A stretch of DNA of 64,000 nt from Coleofasciculus sp. B1-GNL1-01 (GCA_040220235.1 JAVJTO010000168.1), one strand, 5' to 3'. Positions 28,893 to 39,744 are shown, counted from the stretch's first letter. Translations and numbers: made by a program. Notes: a model not told the origin generated them from the sequence alone.

Positions 28893-29981
28893 ATGACAAA
28901 TAACCAAAATCCTCTCTTCCAAAAAATCGAACAAATCCGACGCCGCCCGAATAAAGTTAAAGAGACCGCCATCACCTTGGCACATGGTAGTGGTGGCAAA
29001 GCGATGCGGGATTTAATCGATGATATTTTTGTCGGAAGTTTCGATAACCCCATCCTCTCCCAACTCGAAGATCAAGCCACAATTCCCCTCGCCCAACTCA
29101 TCACTCAGGGCGATCGATTAGCCTTTACCACGGATTCTTATGTCGTTGATCCCCTATTTTTTCCCGGTAGTAATATTGGTGAACTCGCTATTAATGGAAC
29201 GGTCAACGATTTAGCCGTTAGTGGGGCAAAACCCCTATATTTAACCTGTAGCATGATCATGGAAGAAGGACTTCCAGTTGAAACCTTACGGCAAGTCGTT
29301 CTCAGTATGAAAAACGCCGCCGATGCTGCTGGGGTGAAGGTAGTGACTGGGGATACTAAAGTTGTTCATCGGGGTTCGGCGGATAAACTGTTTATCAATA
29401 CAGCCGGAATTGGTGTGATTAGAGAAAATGTTTCTATTTCCGCCCATCATATTCAACCCGGTGATGCAGTAATTATTAATGGTCAATTGGGAAATCATGG
29501 TGCAGCTATTTTAATCGCCCGTGGGGAATTGGCATTGTCAACCGACATTAAAAGCGATTGTCAACCGTTAAATGGGTTGGTAGATGCCATTCTTGAGGTT
29601 TGTCCTGACATTCACGCGATGCGGGATGCAACTCGTGGTGGTGTCGCCACGGTACTAAATGAATTCGCCCAAAGTTCCGAAGTGGGGATTCGTCTGGATG
29701 AGGCGTCGATTCCGATTCGGGAAGAGGTGAATGGAGTTTGTGAGATTCTGGGATTAGATCCGTTATATCTCGCCAATGAAGGAAAACTGGTAGTTATTGT
29801 ACCGCGATCGCACGCTGAATCTGTATTATCGGTGATGAAGTCTCACCCAGCCGGAAAGGATTCCTGTATTGTCGGTGAAGTGATTGATTCCCCGGCGGGT
29901 GTGGTATTACTGCAAACGGCTTTTGGGGCGGAACGCATTGTCGATATGCTAGTGGGGGATCAACTCCCCAGAATTTGTTAA
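28893..29981 (+). CDS. hypE: Hydrogenase maturation protein HypE
   Basis: LAHGSGG, FTTDSYVV, NGTVNDLA, GDTKVV, MRDATRGG, C-terminal PRIC. Confidence 0.97.
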   Translation: MTNNQNPLFQKIEQIRRRPNKVKETAITLAHGSGGKAMRDLIDDIFVGSFDNPILSQLEDQATIPLAQLITQGDRLAFTTDSYVVDPLFFPGSNIGELAINGTVNDLAVSGAKPLYLTCSMIMEEGLPVETLRQVVLSMKNAADAAGVKVVTGDTKVVHRGSADKLFINTAGIGVIRENVSISAHHIQPGDAVIINGQLGNHGAAILIARGELALSTDIKSDCQPLNGLVDAILEVCPDIHAMRDATRGGVATVLNEFAQSSEVGIRLDEASIPIREEVNGVCEILGLDPLYLANEGKLVVIVPRSHAESVLSVMKSHPAGKDSCIVGEVIDSPAGVVLLQTAFGAERIVDMLVGDQLPRIC

Positions 29982-30115
29982 TCGGGGTACTGTACAAAGT
30001 GCTAAAAAAAATGAGGTTATAATACCCAATCTGCTTTTTGCCACGGCGATTAAAATCGCTGCTACACAAACAAAGTCCGCCTACGCGGACTAAGTTATAA
30101 GGGGGATCGCGATCG

Positions 30116-30418
30116 CTACTCTAACTCTTCCAGTAAGGTTTCTAAATCTCCATAATCGTAAGGGGGGCGTTTACGGATAGCCAATACATCGATAATTTTG
30201 TCTGTTTCTGCGATCGCGTACAATAGTCGCCAATTGTCTAACCGTAGCCGCCATACCTCTGCTTCCACATCGGGGAGGTTAAGCATTTTGCTTTGAGGTG
30301 GGCGGGGATTGTCGGCTAATTCCCCAATTACTCGTCTGATGCGCTGTTTAATATTCCCTGGAAGGTTTTTGATTTCGCCAAAGGCATCAGGAGTAACATA
30401 GACTGTGTAACGACTCAC
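30116..30418 (-). CDS. RelE/ParE family toxin
   Basis: YTVYVT..A..EIKNL, LADNPRP, WRLRLDNWRLLY; 4-bp overlap with upstream antitoxin. Confidence 0.85.
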   Translation of the reverse strand: MSRYTVYVTPDAFGEIKNLPGNIKQRIRRVIGELADNPRPPQSKMLNLPDVEAEVWRLRLDNWRLLYAIAETDKIIDVLAIRKRPPYDYGDLETLLEELE

Positions 30419-30639
30419 TCCAACTCTTTCTCCACCTCATCCCACTTCAACCAACCTGCAACCGCGCGATCGCCCCCTGCTGCTTTTAAGTCGGCAAATG
30501 CTGTCCGGGCAATTTGTACATCTTCGAGGGTTTCTAACCATTCAATTAGCGCTTCCCATTCATCGGCGCTGATAACGGCTAAACGCTTGCCTTTTACAGT
30601 GACAAATTGGACAGATTGCAAAGCTTCCAGCGCTGTCAT
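30415..30639 (-). CDS. Putative antitoxin
   Basis: 74 aa acidic protein (AVISADEWEALIEWLETLED...WDEVEKEL) overlapping the toxin start (ATGA). Confidence 0.75.
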   Translation of the reverse strand: MTALEALQSVQFVTVKGKRLAVISADEWEALIEWLETLEDVQIARTAFADLKAAGGDRAVAGWLKWDEVEKELE

Positions 30640-30891
30640 GTATTTCCTCTTGACCAGATAAGAGAACGCCTGCCTTTCCAGGCTTGGTTTCAGAATAACT
30701 CATTTCCGAATTAAGTAGGGGCAATTCATAATTACCCCTACAGATGCTTGTTCAACGGTTCAACCTGAGTAAGTCCTGAGAATGAACTTAAACGGAATGG
30801 CACTTACTTAAGGCTGGTAAGCAATGCCCACCCTACGGTATATCAAGGGTTTGGGCAATCCCAAAATGCACGCTTTTCAGTGCTATTCAAC

Positions 30892-31938
30892 CTAAGCGGT
30901 TACAGGTTCCAGTTCTTTCTCCATCTCAGGTGTATACTTACCATCATGGGCAGCACTATTGCACTTCGCCCGATGCAGCAGCAGTTTTTGAGCTAAAGAC
31001 GCATTGGATTCTTTCCCCTTCCATGCTTCCAAAGCAGGTTGCTGAATAGCACGGGCATAAGAGAAGCTTATGGACCAAGGCGCTTGCTCTGCATACTTCA
31101 CATTCATCGCATTCAAGTGAGCCGATGCTTGCTCATTACTTTGACCCCCAGACAGGAATGCTACACCCGCCACAGATGCTGGAACTGAATTCATTAAACA
31201 TTGCACCGTCGCATCTGCCACTTCATTCACACTGGCTTGGTTGGGGCAATCCTTCCCAGAAATGACCATACTGGGTTTGAGGATCATTTGGTCGAAGGCG
31301 ACTCGCTGAGTATAAAGCTGATTGAAAACCGTGCGTAGGGTTTCTTCGGTTACCTGATAACAGCGTTCCAGAGTATGATCCCCATTAATCAGCACTTCGG
31401 GTTCCACAATAGGAACCAAACCCCCTTCCTGACAGAGTTGGGCATACCGGGCTAATCCATGGGCATTTGCCTCAATACAACCCCGGCTGGGAATGCCATC
31501 ACCAATCGTGATCACTGCCCGCCACTTGGCAAAGCGAGCGCCCATTTGATAATACTCCGCAATGCGATCGCGCAGACCATCGAGTCCTTCGGTGACTTTT
31601 TCCCCAGGGAAACCTGCCATGTCTTTGGCGCCAGTATCCACTTTAATTCCAGGGATTATCCCCGTATCGGTCATCACCTTGAGAAACGGTATCCCGTCTT
31701 TGGTCGATTGGCGAATGGTTTCATCATAGAGAATCGCGCCACTGATGTAATTCCCCAAGTTAGGCGTGGTCAAAATTAACTCGCGATAGGTGCGACGCAT
31801 CTCTTCGGTTTGGTCGATACCAACCTTCCCCAATCGCTTATTACAAGTGCCGTTACTTTCATCCATCGCCAAGACACCCTTGCTGGGGGCAACCATTGCC
31901 TGTGCCGTCGCTCTGAGTTCTTGTGCGTAGGTACTCAT
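30892..31938 (-). CDS. Class I fructose-bisphosphate aldolase (glycolytic/eukaryote-like type)
   Basis: KGVLAMDES, GIKVDTG, FAKWRAV, VPIVEPEV, Schiff-base LKPSMV, FLSGGQ, FSYARA. Confidence 0.95.
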   Translation of the reverse strand: MSTYAQELRATAQAMVAPSKGVLAMDESNGTCNKRLGKVGIDQTEEMRRTYRELILTTPNLGNYISGAILYDETIRQSTKDGIPFLKVMTDTGIIPGIKVDTGAKDMAGFPGEKVTEGLDGLRDRIAEYYQMGARFAKWRAVITIGDGIPSRGCIEANAHGLARYAQLCQEGGLVPIVEPEVLINGDHTLERCYQVTEETLRTVFNQLYTQRVAFDQMILKPSMVISGKDCPNQASVNEVADATVQCLMNSVPASVAGVAFLSGGQSNEQASAHLNAMNVKYAEQAPWSISFSYARAIQQPALEAWKGKESNASLAQKLLLHRAKCNSAAHDGKYTPEMEKELEPVTA

Positions 31939-32211
31939 TGTGAAACCTCTATAAAGTTTTTTTGCTATCTATTCATAAATGATGCAGGTTAATGGGTTTA
32001 TTTGCAACAAGTAATCTGAAATTGGGCAGATTTTTCTTCGGCACTAGGACATAGAAGCCTTGATTTACCAGATATTTGCATCTTATCCCTCTTGCGATAG
32101 ATGCCGAATCTTGTCTAATGATTTATTTTTACTATTGATATTAATTCTTGATAATTAGCCAAAACTGACGCCCAGCCAATCAGTCGTTACTGGTTTTCAA
32201 TCGCGATCGCG

Positions 32212-32302
32212 ACTCCAACTCTTGCTCTACCTCATCCTACTTCAACCAACCTGCAATTGCGCGATCGCTCCCTGCGGCTTTTAAGTTGGCACATGTTGTC
32301 CG
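32212..32302 (-). pseudogene. Degenerate 91-bp duplicate of the antitoxin 3' end
   Basis: Aligns without gaps to 30417-30507; the Trp codon has become TAG. Confidence 0.8.
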
Positions 32303-32314
32303 TTTGATTTATTG

Positions 32315-33397
32315 CTATTTTCTATTCTCTTTCCATGTCGCATAAACACAGTATTCAAACAGTTCTTTCTTGCTGTTTCGCTTGCGAATAACGTTACTAC
32401 CAATATTGGTATATCCAAGTTGGTGTAATGATTCTTCCAAAAGTTTTTCCGTATTAACCGAAATCCCATAGAACGAAGAATTCCCGACAATGTATGACAG
32501 CACTGCATTATCCTGTAAGTTGTGACGCAAATTATCTAAATGCAAGTGCAGATCATAGAAATATTTCTTGACATACTTTGCCATAAGCTGAGCATTCTTA
32601 TTTTCTGATTCCTCAATTTGGGAAACAATCCTGTTCAACGAAGCTGACCATTCGATTTCATTAGAGTCCCAATTCTGTAATCTACTCGTCGCCACACCCC
32701 ATGTTCCTCCAATCGCTTGCCAGTCTATCTCACCTGCTTCTTTGGCAGTATCTAGAAACTTTGTCCAATACATATACGGACGAAGTTCACGAATGTAACT
32801 CATCCGATTGGGATAAGGTGGTGAGGTTACGACATGAGAATATTTCATGTCATTGGATACAGAGTACCGTGAATCAGCATAGAATACTGTTGCTTTACCT
32901 GCTAAAGGGTGACTGATACTATTAATTATCGCTTCAACAATAATTTGGTAAAGCTGTTCAATTTGTTCAACTTCATACCGAGTAACTTGCTGATGAAACG
33001 ACATAGACACATGATTAAAGGCGGCGGAAGAGGTTTCAATCACTAAACGGCAAAAAGCCACCCATGCCAAGGAAGAAATATCATCCTCTTTCGGTTCACC
33101 AAATTCGCTGACCAAGGCTTGTCGAAGTGCTGCTAGAATTTTTAATGTATGTGTACTCCACCAGCGAGTAATGTTATAAATATTAGGAGTCCAGCACTCT
33201 TGATCAATCAGACCTTTACATTGATAAATGCTTCTTTTAATTCTCTGATTCAAGTCATCCAGTTCCGAACTCGAATAATTCCGGCATTTGGCATTACCCA
33301 GCCAGATCAGAAATTGATTAATATCTAAACAATGAGCTTGTAATCCCTGTTCAGCAGCAACTAAACCTGTTGTTGCTGTCCCAGAGAAAGGGTCGGT
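32315..33397 (-). pseudogene. 5'-truncated amino (N4-C/N6-A) DNA methyltransferase
   Basis: DPFSGTATT motif I and VTSPPY motif IV, IVGNS; the frame runs into a MITE immediately upstream of motif I. Confidence 0.7.
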
Positions 33398-33504
33398 TAT
33401 GGCACTACGCATTAAGGTTAGGACAATACAATTGGGTGAAAAGGCAACAGGCAACAGGCAATAGGCAACAGGGGAATGTCCTTTCCGTACCCCGTAGGGC
33501 TATA
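33398..33504. mobile_element. MITE (TATGGCACTACG...CGTAGGGCTATA) with AGGCAAC heptamers
   Basis: Inverted termini; same family as 40093-40199. Confidence 0.65.
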
Positions 33505-33594
33505 TCATTTCCTTTTACCTCGTAACTTTCTTTTTTCCCTTCTACCTTCTGCTAATGTGATTTTAGGGGTACGATCGCTCGTACCCCACTCATC

Positions 33595-34812
33595 TTAGGG
33601 ATCAACCCAAAGACCATCGGATTTAATCAAATTAATTAACTCCGCAACCCCTTGAGTTTCCGGCACCTTCTTAATCTCTTCCCGTCCGCGATACAGGGAA
33701 ATATAACCGGGTTGCTTACCCACATAGCCATAATCCGCATCTGCCATTTCTCCTGGACCATTAACAATACACCCCATCACAGCAATATCTAAACCCGTCA
33801 GGTGTTTCGTTGCTTCCCGAACTTCGTGCAGTACGTCTTCTAAATTAAACAAGGTGCGACCGCAAGACGGACAGGCGACATATTCTACCATGGTTTTCCG
33901 CAGTCCCAACGCCTGGAGAATGCTATAACAAACCGGGATTTCTTTTTCCGGCGCTTCCGTCAGGGAAACGCGAATCGTATCCCCAATTCCTTCGGCTAAC
34001 AGAGTACCAATACCTGCTGTAGACTTAATCCGTCCATATTCCCCATCGCCAGCTTCTGTAACACCCAGATGTAAGGGGTAATCCATCCCCAACTCATCCA
34101 TACGCCGTACCATCAACCGATACGCCGCCAGCATGACGGGAACACGGGAGGCTTTCAGGGAAATCACCAAATTGCGGAAATCGAGGGATTCACAGATTCG
34201 GATAAATTCCAGCGCCGATTCCACCATCCCTTCTGGGGTATCGCCGTAGGTAAATAGCATCCGTTCCGCCAGGGAACCGTGATTCACCCCAATTCGCATC
34301 GCTTTCCCTTGATCCCGGAGAGAAACGACCAGGGGTGCTAAAGTTTCCTTAATCTTTGCGCCAATTTGTTCAAATTCAGCTTGAGTATACTCCGTGCGAT
34401 CGCTCTTTGGTTTCTCGAACACGTATAACCCTGGATTAATCCGCACTTTATCTACATGCTTGGCGACTTCTAGGGCGATTTTCATCCCATTGTGGTGAAC
34501 ATCCGCCACCAAGGGAACCTCTTGGTACGTCTGAATCAGTTTCTGCTTAATTTGGGCGAGGGCTTTGGCGTGTGCCATACTGGGAACCGTGACTCGGACT
34601 ATCTCACAGCCAATTTCATGCAAGCGGCGAATCCCAGCCACGGAACCCTCAAGATCTAAGGTATCTTCATTAATCATCGACTGCACCACCACCGGATGTC
34701 CGCCCCCAATCGTGACATTCCCGACGGATACCGGGCGGGTTTGGCGACGGTGGATAACGGTATCCAATGCTGGGGGTTTGGCAGCCGTTTGAGGAGTTGG
34801 AAGTGTTTGCAT
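33595..34812 (-). CDS. ispG: (E)-4-hydroxy-3-methylbut-2-enyl-diphosphate synthase
   Basis: [51 protein letters not shown]. Confidence 0.97.
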   Translation of the reverse strand: MQTLPTPQTAAKPPALDTVIHRRQTRPVSVGNVTIGGGHPVVVQSMINEDTLDLEGSVAGIRRLHEIGCEIVRVTVPSMAHAKALAQIKQKLIQTYQEVPLVADVHHNGMKIALEVAKHVDKVRINPGLYVFEKPKSDRTEYTQAEFEQIGAKIKETLAPLVVSLRDQGKAMRIGVNHGSLAERMLFTYGDTPEGMVESALEFIRICESLDFRNLVISLKASRVPVMLAAYRLMVRRMDELGMDYPLHLGVTEAGDGEYGRIKSTAGIGTLLAEGIGDTIRVSLTEAPEKEIPVCYSILQALGLRKTMVEYVACPSCGRTLFNLEDVLHEVREATKHLTGLDIAVMGCIVNGPGEMADADYGYVGKQPGYISLYRGREEIKKVPETQGVAELINLIKSDGLWVDP

Positions 34813-35045
34813 AACCATCGGGATAATTTCTGTAACTAGACTATCTGTATGTTTTCTATTATCCCAGAGTGCCACAGTTGGGGCGATTTTGGGTTAAGGC
34901 AAGAGAAAGTGCGATCGCGTTTGGTAGTGTTAACGTAGGCTCTAACTAGCCATAGCTGCTAAAAATAGGGATTTGCAGTGCCACGCCTGGTGATGGTACT
35001 GCGTATGATACCAGTTCTCCTGCTCACGCTGTAGGACAAGAAATC

Positions 35046-35492
35046 ATGAAAAGCTTTTCAATAACAAAAAACTTGTTTATTAATGCACCGCCGAGTTTAC
35101 TCTTTGACACGTTAACCGATTCAGAAAAGATTATCCAATATTATCCTCTGAAAGAAGTGATATCCGATTGGCAAGTTGGTAGTGATATTATCCTTAAAGG
35201 AAACAATAACGGTGAAGACTTTATTGATTATGGTAAAATTGATATCTTAACCCCTAATCAGAAGTTTCAGTATACATATTGGAGCGACAATCACGGTACA
35301 GATAGAACGCCAGAAAACCAGTTGACTATTTGTTACACTCTTGATGAAGTTGACCGGGGAACGAATCTTAAACTAGAACATACCAACTTAAAGTCTGAGC
35401 AAATGTACTCTGAAATGCTTAAGGTTTGGGATTTATTACTGTCGAGCTTAAAGAATTTTGTAGAATCAGGTCAACTCAAAAACAGAGAATAG
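35046..35492 (+). CDS. SRPBCC/AHSA1-like domain protein
   Basis: INAPPS.LFDTLTD, SDWQVGS, GTNLKLEH, W..LLSSLKNFVE. Confidence 0.8.
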   Translation: MKSFSITKNLFINAPPSLLFDTLTDSEKIIQYYPLKEVISDWQVGSDIILKGNNNGEDFIDYGKIDILTPNQKFQYTYWSDNHGTDRTPENQLTICYTLDEVDRGTNLKLEHTNLKSEQMYSEMLKVWDLLLSSLKNFVESGQLKNRE

Positions 35493-35730
35493 TAAATAAT
35501 TAATGTCCTTGACAACCTGTAACTCAGTTAACAAAAATTTATGTCTATATACTTATTTATCATCATTCCCATCCTCTCTCCTAACTGAATCCTGAATTCT
35601 AAGTTGCCGTGGGGTGGACAAAAGCAACACGCTTTACTCTCAGAGGGGGTAACGGTTATAACTCTTGCCCACCTTACATGACATTGGCTGATGGAGACTG
35701 GTGCAATACGTGAGTTTAATCCAATTTTAA

Positions 35731-35934
35731 CTACTCCGGAAAATCGGGAATCACCCACTTAGGTGGTTCCATCAGTTTCTTCCGTCGCGCCTCCTCAGCT
35801 ATCTCATACATTTTATCCAATGACGTCTCATTGATAAATGTTGAGGCTTTAGCCGCATACTCCTTGTGGGGACATTTATCACCCAATACACAACCATTGA
35901 CGCAGGCTTCAGCACAGTTTATGGTAGGTTCCAC
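35731..35934 (-). CDS. Small Cys-rich conserved cyanobacterial protein
   Basis: NCAEACVNGCVLGDKCPH; GTG start with GGAGG upstream. Confidence 0.75.
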   Translation of the reverse strand: MEPTINCAEACVNGCVLGDKCPHKEYAAKASTFINETSLDKMYEIAEEARRKKLMEPPKWVIPDFPE

Positions 35935-36095
35935 TTCTCCCCTCCTTATTTCCAGGTTCGTCGGACAAATTTAAACGCTATATCTTATTTCTCTATATTT
36001 ACAAATTTTAATGCATTTAGCCAATCCTGGAGAATATAGTCTTATGGTTTGACAACTAACCTATATTTTTTTATAATTCCATGCTTACTATTCTT

Positions 36096-36187
36096 TGACG
36101 AATGACGAGTGACGAATGACGAATGACGAATGACGAATGACGAGTAACGAGTGACATAAGACATAAGACATAAGACATAAGACGAAT
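36096..36187 (+). repeat. STRR heptamer array (TGACGAA / AGACATA)
   Basis: Direct reading. Confidence 0.9.
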
Positions 36188-36189
36188 CC

Positions 36190-37038
36190 CTATCTCAATC
36201 GCTTCTTTTCCCCTTGATAGCGCAGCCACTCACCCACAAAGGCAATTGCCCCAGATGCGCCAATTAAAATTACACTCAAGGCATTAATATCGGGTTTAAC
36301 TCCAGTACGAATGCGGCTAAAAATCTCCATCGGTAGAGTTGTCGATCCGGTTCCAGCCGTAAAGCTAGCAATCAGAAAATCGTCCATACTGAGAACAAAG
36401 GAAATTAAACACCCTGCAATTATGGCAGGCATCAATTCTGGCAACAACACTTTAATAAACGCTTGAAAGGGGGTTGCGCCTAAATCGAGTGCTGCTTCTT
36501 CCAAATACGGATCAAGACTGGAAATACGCGAAGAGACAACAAAGGCAATGTATGCCAAACAAAATACCACATGCGCCGCCACAATTGTCCACAAGCTTAA
36601 TGGCGTGCCAATCACCGCCAGAAATACCAGAGTCGCCACTGCCATGGCGATATCGGGAATAATCAACGGTAAGTAGGATACTCCACGATATAACCCCTTG
36701 CCCATAAATTGATAACGCACCAACCCCACCGCCATCAACGTGCCAATCACGGCGGAAATGATGACAGCAACAAAAGCAACCGTCAAGCTATTTTGCAACG
36801 ACTTCAGCACCCGTGCGTCACTAAATAGCTTAATGTACCACTCCAACGTAAATCCCTGCCAATTGGCACTATAGGCTGACTGATTAAAGCTATAAAATGT
36901 CAAGACCAAAATCGGCAGATACATATAAAAAAACATCAGCAAAGAAAATATCCCTTGCCAAGAAAAGCTCGGCTTGAGTTTAGATGATTGCATCTCGACG
37001 GGAAGTTCCTCCTGCTGATGGCTTACTGAGTCTGTCAT
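36190..37038 (-). CDS. potC: Polyamine ABC transporter permease PotC-like
   Basis: YLPILVL..YSFN, GFTLEWY, EEAALDLGA (EAA loop), SMDDF, TLPMEIF. Confidence 0.9.
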   Translation of the reverse strand: MTDSVSHQQEELPVEMQSSKLKPSFSWQGIFSLLMFFYMYLPILVLTFYSFNQSAYSANWQGFTLEWYIKLFSDARVLKSLQNSLTVAFVAVIISAVIGTLMAVGLVRYQFMGKGLYRGVSYLPLIIPDIAMAVATLVFLAVIGTPLSLWTIVAAHVVFCLAYIAFVVSSRISSLDPYLEEAALDLGATPFQAFIKVLLPELMPAIIAGCLISFVLSMDDFLIASFTAGTGSTTLPMEIFSRIRTGVKPDINALSVILIGASGAIAFVGEWLRYQGEKKRLR

Positions 37039-37058
37039 CTAATGCTGCTGGAAAATGG

Positions 37059-37838
37059 TTAAATAAATCGGGTTAACTGGATACGGTAACGCTCTTTTTT
37101 GGTTATGCTAACATCTCCAACTTGCAAGCGCCCTTTACCCCGAATCGCGATTAAGTCGCCCGGTTTAACCGAGTAACTCGCTTGGCTCACCTCTTTCCAG
37201 TTTACCCGCACATCACCCGCCCCAATCAAATCTGCCATTTTACTGCGAGATGTGCCAAATCCGGCTGACGCGATCGCATCTAGGCGCATCGATGCTTCGA
37301 CTGTCGTCATTTCTTTCTTCTTCGGTTCTCGAATCTTGAGTTGACTCAACTCAATCGGTCGAGTTTTCACCGGAACCGAACGCACTTGAGTTAGCTGCGT
37401 CTCCAGAAACGAGGCAATTTCTGGAATCACAATCACTTGAGCGCCGCGTTCGCCTAAAACAATAATATCGCCAACTTTCTCTCGCACAATCCCTGTTCCC
37501 AGAATCGCGCCCAAGAAATCCCGATGGGTGGCTGGATCAAAGAGAAAATTACCCTCAATATCTAACGCCGCTACCTCAACCTGAGACTGATCCAGAGGTA
37601 ATTCTTCACGGGTGATCCCCAGCCGTTGACGTTCAGCTTGAGGATATCCTCCCCATGGTAAAAGTTGTACCTCCGTCAACCGCGCAAACTGCTGCTGAAT
37701 TTCCACCAGTACAGGCGGTGAGAGGAAATCGGTTAACACCACTTCCCAAGTTTTGATCGCTTGTTCCGCTTGATCAATCACACGGGCAACCGTATCGCGA
37801 TTTTCGACGCCTTTGAGTAAGTCCTCTCGTGGCAACAT
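37059..37838 (-). CDS. Photosystem II S4 domain protein (YlmH/Sll1252 family)
   Basis: TDFLSP, GGYPQAERQR, HRDFLGA, S4 domain RLDAIASAGF...RGKGR. Confidence 0.92.
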   Translation of the reverse strand: MLPREDLLKGVENRDTVARVIDQAEQAIKTWEVVLTDFLSPPVLVEIQQQFARLTEVQLLPWGGYPQAERQRLGITREELPLDQSQVEVAALDIEGNFLFDPATHRDFLGAILGTGIVREKVGDIIVLGERGAQVIVIPEIASFLETQLTQVRSVPVKTRPIELSQLKIREPKKKEMTTVEASMRLDAIASAGFGTSRSKMADLIGAGDVRVNWKEVSQASYSVKPGDLIAIRGKGRLQVGDVSITKKERYRIQLTRFI

Positions 37839-37913
37839 GGGAATAATGAATTATGAATTATGCTTAATTTTGTAATTGTATTTCATCCCGGAAAAAATCG
37901 CTAGAGTTCTACT

Positions 37914-38903
37914 ATGGCGCACCCTCTGATGTCGCTGTTTTCCCTGCGAGTTTTAATCCTAACGGCTACAACCTTGTATCAAGCGATCGCCTGCTGGCGA
38001 GAAGATCGTACACCACCACCGGGTCAACGGGTGGATGTGGGCGGTTTCTGCTTGCATTACGTTACAGCAGGAACCGGATATCCAACCGTTGTACTCGATC
38101 ATAGTTTGGGCGGAGTTGAGGGCTATTTTTTGGTGGATGAATTGGCGCAACTTGCGCGGGTTTGTATTTATGATCGTGCGGGTTTTGGCTGGAGCGATCG
38201 CAGCCCTCATCCTCGCACCAGTAATCAGATTGTCACCGAACTTAACCAGATGCTGACTCTTGCAGGTTTAGAACCTCCTTATATTTTAGTGGGCAACTCT
38301 TTTGGCAGTTACAATATGCGTCTTTACGCCTCTCGTTATCCGGAAAAAGTTGTAGGATTAGTTCTGACTGACGGGTTACATGAATCAGCGATGTTAAAAA
38401 TGCCCCTAATCCTGCGCGGATTACAATTGTTCTTTGCGTCAGGCTTTATCATGTCCGTTCTGGGAGCAACATTGGGCATCATTCGTCTACTAAATATAAT
38501 TGGCGTATTTGAATTAATCAAACCAAAATTACGTCAGTTTTCCCTGGATTCTCGTCAAGCGGTAAAACGCTCTTTCTGTCGCCCCAAACACTGGGTAACG
38601 ATGACCCGAGAAATCTTTCGTTTAGATACAAGTGGTCGCCAAGTCCGCTGCGCTAGTCATCTTAAGGATCTGCCGATTGTTAGTCTTAAAGCCTCTTCAT
38701 TTTTCATCCCTTCACTTCTAACCATTTTGATGCCATTGAAAGCCGCCAATCAGTTACGCGATCGCATCCACGATAAGTTAGCTAAACTCTCGACAAATTG
38801 CGTACAAATTACGGTTGAAAACAGTGGTCATTTTGTCTGGGTGGATCGACCCGATGCAATTATCCAAGCCGTAAAAATCATCTTAGAAAGACTGGACGAT
38901 TAA
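37914..38903 (+). CDS. Alpha/beta hydrolase
   Basis: YDRAGFGWS, GNSFG nucleophile elbow, SGHFVW. Confidence 0.88.
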   Translation: MAHPLMSLFSLRVLILTATTLYQAIACWREDRTPPPGQRVDVGGFCLHYVTAGTGYPTVVLDHSLGGVEGYFLVDELAQLARVCIYDRAGFGWSDRSPHPRTSNQIVTELNQMLTLAGLEPPYILVGNSFGSYNMRLYASRYPEKVVGLVLTDGLHESAMLKMPLILRGLQLFFASGFIMSVLGATLGIIRLLNIIGVFELIKPKLRQFSLDSRQAVKRSFCRPKHWVTMTREIFRLDTSGRQVRCASHLKDLPIVSLKASSFFIPSLLTILMPLKAANQLRDRIHDKLAKLSTNCVQITVENSGHFVWVDRPDAIIQAVKIILERLDD

Positions 38904-38946
38904 TGGTTCACCTGAGGTGCGATCAGTCTCATTTTTCGCTCGACTG

Positions 38947-39447
38947 TCATTCACTATATCCTTGAATCGTCTCTGGTTCAAATTGTTTCAATAAGGGGGT
39001 AGCTTGGCGAATTAATTGATCTGAACCTTTGACAACAATGATATATTTTCCTTGATTGAGACGATTGCGATAGGGGAGTGCGTCACCACTACCCAAGGCA
39101 ATGCCAACTCCGCCACCCACAAAAAAGCTGCCCATGGCTGCTGCGATCGCACCGAAGATACCGCCAATGATATGATTCCCTATGGGACTTATTGGTAGAA
39201 TTTCGATCGCCGTGAGTAGGTTAAAGGCATATCCAGCCGCAAAGCCAAAGGGAAGCAACCAGTAGGCGAGTTGCTTAACTTGCTTGATTGCTTGCAGATT
39301 CGGGTCAATTAAGCCAAACTCATCAGCACTTTGATAGCCTTTACCGAGAATCGTGACTTGATTCATCGGCAAACCTCTTTTTTCCAGAACCGTGTACGCT
39401 TCTTCGGCTTCAATGCGATTTTTCAGGACAGCAATCAGGTAGTTCAT
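38947..39447 (-). CDS. Conserved cyanobacterial membrane protein
   Basis: MNYLIAVL..R..AE, two Gly-rich TM segments, YRNRL..GKYIIVV. Confidence 0.75.
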   Translation of the reverse strand: MNYLIAVLKNRIEAEEAYTVLEKRGLPMNQVTILGKGYQSADEFGLIDPNLQAIKQVKQLAYWLLPFGFAAGYAFNLLTAIEILPISPIGNHIIGGIFGAIAAAMGSFFVGGGVGIALGSGDALPYRNRLNQGKYIIVVKGSDQLIRQATPLLKQFEPETIQGYSE

Positions 39448-39744
39448 AATATCAGGTAGAGCTAAATCGTTACAAAGACTTCGAGACTAAGATGAATCAC
39501 ACTGAACTAAGCTAGGTTTGTAGTTGCGCTTTAGCGCCATAAACGCCTGCTCACCCATTACAAACCCTCAAGTCAGTGTTATTCAGATTAAGATTAAGGG
39601 TTACGCTTCATTTTTGCCTAACCTCAATCGTAACACCTAAGAACCTGTTAAGAAAGTTGGCGGGTCAATGAAATTCCCTGTACTGCTATAGCAATTCTCC
39701 AGCCGATGCGATACACCTAACCGTAGGGGCGCAAGGCTTGCGCC

